In this document: piece by piece, positions 52,451 through 64,000 of the stretch
Position numbering within the stretch: position 1 is the first letter of the stretch
Layout: each line of letters starts with the position of its first letter
Origin: Lama glama
Taxonomy: Eukaryota
Reading direction: 5' to 3'
Assembly (NCBI GenBank): GCA_028534125.1
Contig: CM052816.1
Coordinates: 39,930,001-39,994,000 of the forward strand
Length of the DNA stretch: 64,000 nucleotides
The notes under the pieces: model-generated
What the model saw: only the letters and a program-made list of their open reading frames with translations
The model's database searches: none
Told to the model about the DNA's origin: nothing
Made by a program: the position numbers and the translations under genes

Positions 52451-53103
52451 AGATTTTGTATTTATACCATACCTTGTACCTTATATCTTGCACATCAAAT
52501 AGTAATTGGTTCATGAATACATAAAATTATTTCCTTCTTGCTCTGCATGAATTTTTGGCTGAATTGATGACTCCTGAAATCCTTTCCCTCTAAGTTTATA
52601 AGATATCATAGCTTCACAGGAGAGCATTTGTAGGTTTTGATAAATGTTATTTATTCTAATTTTCTAGAGAAGTATTTAACCTTGAAATTAGACTAAATTG
52701 TACACAAGTAAATCACAAAATTTAGATTTGTTGTCTTGTCATATTGGATGGATAATTTGGGGATCACCTTGTAAGTTTACAGATACTCCTTCTCTGGAAT
52801 AAGGCATTTTAGGTCACATTAATCAGATTCTGGCTCCTTAATATTAACACAATCCATCTCCTTCATATGACTTCTTTTAACAGTAGTTCCATGACCTGAT
52901 AAATATACTATATCAATTTTGAAATGTTTCATGCCAAAAACCCTCCAAAAACATATCTCACATAGTAACCCATAGTTACTGAGTGGAAGATTAACCTTTA
53001 ATAAACATTCTTTAATGGCAAGAAAAGAATGGAAGAGAAAAGATAGGAAGAAAGGAAAGATTGAATGAAGGCTTGATTGGAGAAAAGAAGGAAGCAAAGG
53101 AGC

Positions 53104-53608
53104 GTTAAAGAAAAAAATTATTCGTGACACTTGTTAGAGGCAGACTTTATTCAGAGGACTATCAGTTTAGGTTTAGGGACCATCATAAATGAGGCTTTCC
53201 AGGAGGGAAGAGAGATTGGGCTCAACTCTGAACACAACAAGAAAAAGTGGGAATTTACAACTAAGGAGCTGGGAGTGAGGATAGAAAATTACTTAAGAAG
53301 AAACATCAGAGGTGAGGGGATGAGGGGACAGGGATTCTGGCAAAAGAGATCCAACAGGGCTCTTGCTGAAAGCAGGCCAGGATGATCAGCTGTCACCTGG
53401 TGGGTGGTGGAGGATGAGGAATCTGGTCAGATATCAAGGATGATCAGATATCCAGGGTGTAGGGGATTCTGGCTAAACCCAAATAGCAGGATTTCTATTA
53501 AAACTGGACAATAGAGAGGTGAACAAAGGAGTCTAAAATTTGAAACTTCATTGCAAAAGAGCTCAGAAGTGCCTGATTAGAATTTGGTTAAGGAGAGAAT
53601 CTTTGTCA
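53104..53608 (-). mobile_element. MER31-like ERV1 solo LTR
   Basis: Ends TTTGGTTAAGGAGAGAATCTTTGTCA, the reverse complement of the MER31 start TGACAAAGATTCTCTCCTT; antisense AATAAA near 53146. Confidence 0.8.
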
Positions 53609-55172
53609 CAGAAAAAAAGGAAGGAATACAGATATAATTATGAAGCTTCTTTACAAATGGCATCCATGAGGTGTATAATCTTCCCAGATGATTCTGGAGA
53701 AGAAAAAAAAGTCCAAATTAAGCAATTTTAAATTTGAGGGTATTTGTAGCACCATGATTTTGTGATTTTTGTTTTGCTAGCAAAAATTCCCAATGAACTT
53801 GCACCTGCAAAGTTGCATACTACAGAACATATTCAGCATGTCATTCTGTGTGCATGGAAGATCAGGTTACACATTTAAGTAATTTTAAGGATTAAAGATA
53901 ATTATTATTAATTTATTGTTAATATTATAAGTGTCTTGAAAGGCATCAAAATATGATTTGAATTCTGGTAGCTGGAGAAGTACTATATGCGTGTTGCTTT
54001 TTGGATAAAATTTCTATCAGTTATTTCTGTCAGCACATTTGCTTTCCAAAATTGGAAAAGAAATCATAAATTAAGGTTTCTTATTGATGTTTTATTTACC
54101 ACCAGGATATAGCTATTTTTCTTAATATAAAGCCTTTATCTCTAGTAGGAACTGCACTAAAGACATCCCATGATCCTGGGATCTATCTTCTATAATAGCT
54201 CAGACATGTTGGGAGCAGGGAGCTATTATTTTCTTGATTCTTTGCCAAGTTTCCTGAAAGTATGAGCATGTAGAAGACCTGGCCTCAGAATTAAAAGTGG
54301 ATTATACCCCCTGTTGTTAGCATTTTTATTTAACTCACCCCGTTAACCGGTCACTTATCAGGAGAATAGCACCAAACTCACTGTAGACATTATAAAGTTT
54401 TGCTTTTCCCAAGGCCTGTGAAAATGGCCTACCTGGTGTGAATATTTATGGAATATTACAATATCCCTCTGGATTCTGATTCTATTTTTTCCTGATTCTT
54501 CAGTAGTTAATATAATTTTTTGCATAGTGGAGAAAGATTAATAACATGTGTTGAATATTTTAAAGACAGTAGTATCCAGTGTATTTTTGCGTATATATAT
54601 TTCCTTTCCTGCACTTGGTTTCAAGTGTTCTTCCTTTCAAAGGCACTGGAATTGGTATTTCTATCTGTGAAATACATGATAATCATATGGCACTGTGTTA
54701 TTTCATCCATTGATCCCTAGTAGAAGTGCTGTCAAAACTTAGCAGAAAACAGTGAAAACTCTGCCTTTGCTGGGGCACAGATGGAAATGAATTTTTATTA
54801 TAAGGAAACAGGAAGACAAACTTTGCTTTTGGATTTGTATAACTATATATAATATGTGGAATTAGTAAGGAGTTTGCCTTTAGTATAAATCATAGTATGC
54901 TGAGTCACTGCCAGATAAGAAAGTGGGAGATTTTTGTTGCTAAGTCTGACTTTGGTAAAATCTAATGATACAATCAAACAAAATTATGCTCCCATAGACA
55001 GAGATTTCTGTCGCCTTCTGGTCTAATGCATTTTTGTAAGGTTTCAGAGACTTTTTTTAACCAGATTTCAGGCTGGTGAAAAAGTAACTGTTAAGGAGGA
55101 GACTGTGTGAGGACGATATTGTCTGTCCTGGTTCGACTTTGTGCTCACTTATCCTCTCCTGAAATTGCTTAA

Positions 55173-55177
<5 letters not shown>

Positions 55178-55205
<28 letters not shown>
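55178..55205. repeat. (CA)n microsatellite
   Basis: Directly visible in the sequence. Confidence 0.95.
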
Positions 55206-55209
<4 letters not shown>

Positions 55210-55265
55210 ACACAAGTAAGCTAACGATGACAGAAAATCTTTGCAGGTGTAATGCACATGGGTAG

Positions 55266-55783
55266 GTATAACGAGTTGAATTATGTCCCCCTCCCAACCT
55301 TCAGTACCTTAAAATGTGTCCTTATTTAAAGATAAGATCTTTACAGAGATCATTAGGGTGGGCCTCTTTTGGGTTCCTGGACCCAGTTCCAACACTGAGG
55401 GGCTTCCCTCCACCTACAAGCAGTTCTTTGGACACCAGCAGGTTGTCGTCCTACAGTTCAACTCCTTTCTGACACTATCTCCTTAACCTGCAGGATCTGA
55501 CTGTATCTCCAGGACTTCTAACCAACTGTCTACAACTCAGAGGTTCCCAGGATTCCCTCCTTCTTTGGGTTTGATTAATTTGCTAGAGCAGCTCACAAAA
55601 CTTGAGAAACATTTTACTTACTGGATCACAGGTTTATTATAGAAGGATATAACTTAGGGACAGCCAGATGGAAGAGATGCACAGGGTGAGGTGGAGGGGG
55701 AGGGAGAGGGCCTTCCATGTCCTCTCCTGGGCCCGAGCACGACACTCTCCCCAAGTCTCCACGTGTTCACCAACCCAGAAGTC
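55266..55783. mobile_element. MLT1 LTR 5' stub (+, to about 55365) followed by a MER21-family fragment (-)
   Basis: GTTGAATTATGTCCCCC...CTTATTT; then GACACCAGCAGGTTGTC and TTTGATTAATTTGCTAGAGC shared with 10206-11051. Confidence 0.75.
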
Positions 55784-58700
55784 ATTCTAAACAGGGCAAA
55801 GGTTACTTATCTCCAACTATGGAAAAACTTACCCATGTGTCCAGATCTCTGGTTTTTTCATGAGAAACCAGAAACCTATATTTTTATTCAAAACCTCCAA
55901 ATTAATGCTTTTTTAAGTTACAAAATCTGAAGAAAACATACCTGTGACCTTGTTTGGAATAGTGGCTGCTAGTTTGCCACGTTATGTACCTATGCTTGAG
56001 ACTCTTCTTCCCAACCCCCCACAAATTCATGATTTTACCACCATGTACTTCTGAAGTTTGTGAAATTAGTAATATAGGCATAAACTTACTGAGAGTATAG
56101 TCAGCTGGTTCTTAAATCAATGAAACCTTCTTGAACTTTTCTAGTGTGGCAGGTATAATTAGTTCATGTAAGTACTCATGCTCATAAGGAAAGAGAAGGA
56201 AGGGGTAAGGAGATAATTGCTCTTAGACAGCAAACATGATTTCTACAGTGTTCTCACTGACTTCTTATTCATGAAAGTCTTTGGAAATTTACTTTATGGA
56301 TGCTAAAGATTTGATGTTACGAGATCCTTAAACTGTCATTAAAATATTTGAGGTTATAATGGTTAGAAATGTGAGTGGGGAAACATCACTGAGATCATCA
56401 GGATGCTATGAAAATTGAATAATGTCACATTGTACAAATCCTATGTGAATCATGTGTAAAACTGAAGGTCTTAATTGAACTTTAAGACTTTTCTATGTCA
56501 CTGTTTGTCTACCATCAGAACACCTCTGCTTTTGTTCTGGTCTCTACAATGGCAGTCATGTAGTCATGTAATGAAACATGCAAATGATGACTTATAAGCC
56601 TTTTTTTGGAAGTCGCATTATGCAGTATCCTTATAACACAAAGTGAGCTCTGGAATATATATCTATGTATCTGTATTCATAATTTAGAGAAGTGACTGGC
56701 ACATAGAAAGTTCAAATAAATATTAGTTATGTTTATTATGAGTATGCTCATCTTTTCTAAGAATATATTTGATTTGCTAGTTTGTTCCTTATTCCCTTTA
56801 TGAGTGTAATCAAAATGCTATGAGAAAACTAGCTAGTTAAATGGAGATTTAGTTGTTGGGGTTTTTTTGGTGTGTTAGTTTGTTTTGTTTTTTAGCTGAC
56901 CATTAAAGCCCTGCCTGATTGGTTAAAAGAAAAAAAGAAAAAAAAGAAATCTTTGCATCCATCTTCCTTAGCTTGAGAACTTTCGGACATAACCATGATT
57001 TATGATCCACAATGGAACAGTAGCCAGTATCTAAAAACATCTGTACTTGAGCCATCTGTTTATGCCTAAATACCAGATGCTATATATGTTGAAAATTTAT
57101 ATTTACTGAAATTGCCTTAATACTTGTACTTGCCTACTTACAACACTGCAGCTAACAAAAAACACAGACTGGAAATGTTCTTGAGTCATGGATGAATTAA
57201 ATGGATTTTATTATATCTCTCAGAACACTGAGCATAATGACCTGGCAGGTAATAGAGGAATATAATGGAACTTTATCTAAGCACTTAAAGGTTTGTGGCT
57301 GGTGAAAATAATTGGGTTCTGTGATTAGGTAAATTTTTCCTCAACAAAGAACAAAAGGAAAGACTCTGTAGCCTTGGAATTGAGAAAACCGATAAATATT
57401 TTCAATATGATGATAGGCATTCTGTAGGGGGAGGAAAAGATGCTGTATTAGACGTATTATGAATTCAGAAGACTCTTTACCATGGAAATTACAATGAGTA
57501 TTCCTATAAATAGCTATTTAACACCCCCCCAGTTTTCCCACATATATTTGATCTCACAGTTCATGTTTTCCCCTAGTTTCCTGTACAGCTGTCCTAAGCG
57601 ATTGACTCCTATAAGGTTGACCTCAGGGCATCTGTATCTTACTGCTTAAATTTTAAAGAAATCCTCTTTACCCTTAAATTTGAAAAGCTTCTGTGTAGGT
57701 GATGAAACTGGAGGGAGGAAAAGCAGAAACTATGGAAGAGAAATATATTGGATAATGTCTTCTGAGTTGGCATTGTACACAAGAAAAATAACTAACTCTC
57801 CACATAAAAGAATTTGAATTTGAAAGATTCTGAGGAGAACTCTCTGTCAGAATAGATTATCCCCAGTACCTGTCATTGATGCTTGAAACTTGAGACTTAC
57901 TTCTTTTAGTTAGAGAGTTAGCTCCAATCAATCTTTAAATCTCTTAGAAAAGAACTGATTAATATGTGTTGCACCTTAGCATGCCTCTCTGAAAAGACTG
58001 GTGTCCTTAATAGTAAAAGAAAGCAAATTTACACTCAGCAGAGTGATACATAGAAAAATGCTATACATAAACATAAAACTGTAAGTGTGTATGTGTTGTT
58101 GTTGTTATGTTTGTTGTTGTTACATACTGGAGGCAGGCAAAAGTCCATCTGTTCCGGTTTCATCTCCTGGATTTTAAGTAAATATAAAGTTAAACTATAC
58201 TACCTGAAGTATAGCTTAACTTTTGCAAGGCCCTGGTACAATAACCTCCAAACTATGGCCCATGACAGAGGCTGAACAACACTCTTTCTTCACTCAGTTG
58301 ACTGTGTTGTGTGTTCACACGTGTGTTATTACGAGCATTATACTGCGTTTTTTTCTAAATACACCAGATACTAGGATTTTGATCAAATAGAATAAAAAAG
58401 TGAGAGAGACAAAATATCCTGAAGAAATTTACAAATATTTCATTTTAAAATAGCAATAGCAAGAAACAAACTTGAAAATCTTATTTCAAGCCTTATGGGC
58501 TAAAAGTAAAGAAGGATAATATATAAACCTGCTAACTTTTATACGTTGAACACCACATTCAGCAAAAGCCAGGGAAAACCACTACTCTGCATTTTCCTCA
58601 ACCTTGGCCCATTTTTTGATATCTTATCTCTTCCCAAGACATTTCACTTCTAGTTGGATGGAGAACAAAACAGCGTATGACCAGGAAAATGATTTTATTA

Positions 58701-60344
58701 GCCTTTCTTAAATTGTGTGGCTGAGAAAGAAAAAGTGCAAATATTTGACTTGTGTACCTTCAGAAGAGGATTTTTTCCAAAATTGAAATATTTATGAATA
58801 AAATGAAATACAAATTATTTTTATGTCTTTATGATTCATTTTTCTGCCTAATTAAACACTACTGAAAGCACAAATGCACATTTCTGTTTTATACAGCTGT
58901 TTCTTTTAGGAAAATCTAAAAACTGACATTTCTCGATGGTATCACAGTGAATTTCCTTTCAGTCATTAACACGTAAAGTGGAACTCTTAGCAATAATTCT
59001 GTCTTTTAACTGTCTGTATTGTCACTGTGATGGCAGCTGAACTTAACACACCATTTGTTTTCAGGAAAATGATGTCTTCTGTTCAACAAACTGACTCAAA
59101 CCCTGCTTTCCTGCTGTATTAATGTGTTTGTGTTTGTACAGAAATCTCCACTAATGTGCTTTCTTTCTATATTTTAAGTGTCATATTTTCAACATTTATA
59201 AATTGACCAAAACTAAAAACATTTCTTCATGTAGACAAGGGCACAGTTAAAAAATATAGAAACCTGATTTTAAAATACTCTATTGTAATATCAGATTCAT
59301 AGGACTAATAGTTATATATCAAGGCAGCACATCACTGAGATATTTCAGGGGAAATGACAGTGCCAGAGTAAGAGAAATCTTATTCATACCGAAAAAGGAA
59401 TATGTTCCTTTAAATGTCAGAACCTTTATGGCACTGTCACCCACTGTTAAGTGTCAGCAGCCAATCTGAGATACTGAGTGGAGAAATGAGATATCTTCTT
59501 CAGTGATTTTAATGAGATTTAAATATGTCTTTGGCAAAGAAATCAGTCCCTTCAGAGGTCACAGATGTTCAGGTGCAAGTATAGAAAATACACTGATCAT
59601 CAATCCAATACACAGGCATGGGTGCTTCTGTAAGAACTTATTTTTCTGTTTGTCCTTGTAAGTCTAACTTAGGCAGCCTATCAGAGTGTTTTAAAATTTA
59701 ATCATAGAATTTTGTAAGCAAATTCCAAAAAGTTTACCTACTGTGCCTTCATAGTAACCATGACATGAAGAGTTTTGGTTTGGTTTGGGGTATTTTTTAG
59801 CTACAGAGAGAGTCTCATTGGTAAAGGAGAGAGGGGAGTGGTACTCACATACTAAACCTTATATATGTGAATCGTATTATCAACATCCTTATAACAACCC
59901 TCTCTAGTCGGCATTTCTATTTTTACACTTTGAGAATATTTCGAGGAAGCCAAGCTTGTAATACTGTCCTTGTACTCCAAAGCAAGAACTGAACAACTAT
60001 CTTTTTCTTGAGATTTCAACCTGGAGTTGCCTCCCTGACAACACATTATCCCCCTTAACCAGTTAAAGGTTTAAAGAAACAAATTTAACCATATGTCTTG
60101 AGACTCTTGGTTCTATTTTCTTTTAAGATTTTATTCTTAGTTTATCTGTAGCAGTTACTAATCAGGTATCACAGACTGGTAAGCAAATGACTGAATTCAG
60201 CTTTTACAGATTTTTGCCTCGACTTCCAATAATTTCTTTAAAATAATCTATTTCAATTCAGCATTTTCTCATTCATTAGTCTAATATATTTAAAGCTATA
60301 GAAGTCTGGGATACTAAAATACCTGGATATAGCATTAACTGAAA

Positions 60345-60800
60345 AACATGGACTTGGTGTGAGACAGATGTATGTTCAAGATCGGACTCTTGTTTAGAAT
60401 CTCAGGTTGTCTGCAACGTTCTTAACATTTGATTCACCAGTTTCTCTATAAATGAGAATTATGATTATTATGATAATTCTAGGTCATGTTTTTAAAGAAA
60501 TTCAGATTTTAAAAAACAGTAACATTCTGTGCACAGTACACTCAGAACTCAATCAGTATTAGCAATCCTAATAGAAATAAATACTTACAGTGTTTACTGA
60601 GTGCCATTTGTTGTTCTTTGTGCCTTGTTTATAATGATGTATTGTATTCTGTGATTTTACGAGGCTAGTGCTATTATCATCTCCAAAATGCAGATGTAAA
60701 ATCTAAAGTACGTATTCACTGGGTCATTGTTGAAGGCCACACATTAGAACTGGAGTTGTAATTGGTTCTATGGAGCTTTAACCACGTTATAGAGCTTTCG
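60345..60800. mobile_element. Two tail-to-tail MIR SINEs
   Basis: A plus copy (CAGTTTCTCTATAAATGAG) to about 60565, then a minus copy (GTTTACTGAGTGCC...CTATTATCATCTCCAAAATGCAGATG). Confidence 0.6.
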
Positions 60801-61689
60801 CTCTGTACTTCAACCATACATCACCTGCCTCTTCACTCTTGTAGCGACTCCTCTACTGCTTTTATTTTCTCTGGTACTACCTAGAAGTACCAGAATCTGT
60901 GGAAATGTGAGAAGTTGTCATTAAAAAATGGTACATGATCCCTGTTTAAAAAGAGGTTAAAATCTCTGGGAAGACTGATAATTAAACAAAATACAGTGGA
61001 AGCAAAATGTAGTATTCGATTGGATTTCACTATTAATATCTACAAAATGAAATTATTTGTTAATTACTTCTGATTATTACAGGAAAAGTGTGTATTCTAA
61101 CCAAGAATTTATCTGCAGGGAAGAATGAAATTTGTCCATAGAAAGGCTTAGAATCTGAGCTTTATTTTAGCTCAGCCAACTATACAGTCGATTGACAGAC
61201 ATTTTTCTAGAACTGAAGAATGAATTTAGATAGGTAAGTAGATGCATACAGATAAGAGAGGCAGACAGGAGTGAGATAGACAAATGTGTGTATATATAAG
61301 TATATACATAAATAAATAAATTTAAATAAATTATATATTTTTTATATATGTATATATTGAGAGAGAGAGAGAGAGAACGAACATCAGGCATTGGGAAGAG
61401 TTGAGTTCAAGAAAAATCCCCAAGGTGGGAGTTAGCTGTAATACTTGAGGAAGACACAAGAGGCTGGTGTGTCAAGAGTGGAAAGGAGTAAGTGGGAGTG
61501 TTGTAGGAGATGAACCATTAATCAAAATAGAGTTCTTGTCTGAACATGTGGTTCTACACCTTCCTCTGTAACTGGTTTATACAACCTTGGATATTCAGTA
61601 GGTAACCATAATTCCTGAGGGCCTCATCTAGACAAGGGAAGTATTTGATTACATACATGAAGCTGAAGTTTCTTCCAGCTTTTAAATTT

Positions 61690-61964
61690 TTTAAATTTTT
61701 TTATTGAGTTACAGACATTATACAGTGTTGTGTCAAATTCCAGCACAATTTTTCAGTTATACATGAACATACATACATTCACTGTCACATTCTCCTTCAC
61801 TGTGAGCCACCACAAGATCCTGTATATATTTCCCTGTGCTACACAGTACAATCTTGTTTATCTATTCTACATTTTGAAATCCCAGTCTGTCCCTTTCCAC
61901 TCCCTATCCCCCTGGCAGTCACAAGTTTGTATTCTATGTCTATGAGTCTGTTTCTGTTTTGTAT

Positions 61965-61999
<35 letters not shown>

Positions 62000-64000
62000 T
62001 TATTTTATTTTATTTTTTTAGATTCCACATATGAAGGATCTCATATGGTATTTTTCTTTCTCTTTCTGGCTTAATTCACTTAGAACGACATTCTCCAGGA
62101 GCATCCATGTTGCTGCAAATGGCGTTATGTTGTTGGTTTTTATGGCAGAGTAGTATTCCATTGTATAAATATACTATCTCTTCTTTATCCAGTCACCTGT
62201 TGATGGACATTTAGGCTGTCTCCATGTCTTGGCTATTGTAAATAGTGCTGCTATGAACATTGGGGTGCAGGTGTCATCCTGAAGTAGGGTTCCTTCTGGA
62301 TATATACCCAGGAGTGGGATTCCTGGGTCATATGGTAAGTCTATTCCTAGTCTTTTGAGGAATCCCCATACTGTTCTCCACAGTATTCCCACCAGCAGTG
62401 TAGGAGGGTTCGCCTTTCTCCACAGCCTCTCCAGTATTTGTCATTTGTGGATTTTTGAATGATGGCCATTCTGACTGGTGTGAGGTGATACCTCATTGTA
62501 GTTTTGATTTGCATTTCTCTGATAATTAGTGATATTGAGCATTTTTTCATGTGCTTTTTGATCATTGGTATGTCTTCCTTGGAGAATTGCTTTTTTAGGT
62601 CTTTTGACCATTTTTGGGTTAGGCTGTTTGGTTGTTTCTTATTAAGTCGTATGAGCTGCTTATATATTCTGGAGATCAAGCCTTTGTCGGTTTCATTTGC
62701 AAAAATTTTCTCCCATTCCGTAGGTTTTCTTCTTGTTTTACTTCTGGTTTCCTTTGCTGTGCAGAAGCTTGTAAGTTTCATTAGGTCCCATTTGTTTATT
62801 CTTGCTTTTATTTCTGTTGCTTGAGTAGACTGTTCTGGGAGAACATTTTTGAGATGTATGTCAGATAATGTTTTTACTATATTTTCTTCTAGGAGGTTTA
62901 TTGTATCTTGTCTTATGTTTAAGTCTTTGATCCATTTTGAGTTGATTTTTGTATATGGTGTAAGGGAGTGTTCTAGTTTCATTGCTTTACATGCTGCTGT
63001 CCAGTTTTCCCAACACCATTTGCTGAAGAGACTGTCTTTATTCCATTGTATATTCTTGCCTCCTTTTTCGAAGATTGACCAAAAGTTTGTGGGTTCATTT
63101 CTGGGCTCTCTATTCTGTTCCATTGGTCTACATGTCTGNNNNNNNNNNNNNNNNNNNNNNNNNNNNNNNNNNNNNNNNNNNNNNNNNNNNNNNNNNNNNN
63201 NNNNNNNNNNNNNNNNNNNNNNNNNNNNNNNNNNNNNNCTTCAGTAATGCTTTGGCAATTCTAGGTCTTTTGTGGTTCCAAATAAATTTTATTATGATTT
63301 GTTCTAGTTCTGTGAAATATGTCCTGGGTAATTTGATAGGGATTGCATTAAAATCTATAGATTGCCTTGGGAAGTATGACATTTTAACAATATTGATTCT
63401 TCCAACCCAGGAGCACAGGATATTTTTCCATTTTTTGAAGTCTTCTTTAATTTCCTTAATCAGTGTTTTATAGTTTTCTGTGTATAAGTCTTTCACTTCC
63501 TTGGTTAGATTTACTCCTAGGTATTTTATTACTTTGGGTGCTATTTTAAAGGGGATTGTTTCTTTATTTTCTTTTTCTGTTGATTCATCATGAGTGTAAA
63601 GAAATGCAACTGATTTTTGAACGTTAATCTTATAACCTGCTACCTTGCTGAATTCTTCAATTATTTCTAGTAGTTTTTGTGTGGACCTTTTAGGGTTTTC
63701 TATATATAGTATCATGTCATCTGCTTATAGTGACACTTTTACCTCTTCTTTTCCAATTTGGATCCCTTTTATTTCTCTCTCTTGCCTGATTGCTGTGGCT
63801 AGGACTTCCAAGACTATGTTGAATAGGAGTGGTGATAGTGGGCAGCCTTGTCTTGTTCCAGATTTTGGTGGGAAGCTTTTGAGTTTTTCACCGTTGAGTA
63901 CTATGCTGGCTGTAGGTTTGTCATATATAGCTTTTATTATGTTGAGATATGTTCCCTCTATACCCACTTTGGTGAAAGTTTTTATCATAAATGGGTGTTG
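61690..64000 (-). mobile_element. Young lineage-specific L1 (ORF2 RT and C-terminal part plus 3' UTR), disabled; runs off the window
   Basis: Long ORF2 pieces ([59 protein letters not shown]) broken by stops and frameshifts; 3' UTR and T-rich tail at the left end. Confidence 0.97.
63139..63238. other. Assembly gap (100 N) inside L1 ORF2
   Basis: Run of Ns with colinear L1 sequence on both sides. Confidence 1.

Noticed and set aside
54339..54415. Minus-strand 77-nt exon-like segment, phase-compatible with the 35 kb candidate
   Set aside because: Competing internal donor, short pyrimidine tract and no independent support.
62174..63988. Long ORFs as an active L1 or host gene
   Set aside because: They are L1 ORF2 pieces broken by stops and frameshifts; the plus-strand ORFs are antisense shadows or run through Ns.

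Overview
AT-rich, CpG-depleted mammalian nuclear DNA, most likely from a camelid. The basis is a Vic-1-like tRNA-derived SINE, artiodactyl/camelid-type L1 3' UTRs, and no Alu, BovB/Bov-A or PRE-1 SINEs that I could recognise. A large part of the window is interspersed repeat: old L1M/HAL1 pieces, L2, MIR, MaLR and ERV LTRs (including one LTR-internal-LTR MLT1 provirus), MER44/MER63 DNA transposon relics, and a young disabled L1 at the right edge that spans a 100-N gap. No complete gene is present and most ORFs in the supplied track are repeat-derived or chance. Notable items: (1) an isolated ~220 bp frameshifted internal fragment of EIF3C; (2) a TSD-flanked 326 bp element joining an L1 5' end directly to an L1 3' tail; (3) a MER44 copy with strong CpG retention; (4) candidate minus-strand exons of an unidentified host gene, including a microexon plus terminal exon with a good poly(A) site and a recursive-splice-like site; (5) a nested inverted-repeat structure. 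Repeat family names come from recalled consensus similarity, not from a search, and boundaries of old repeats are approximate.
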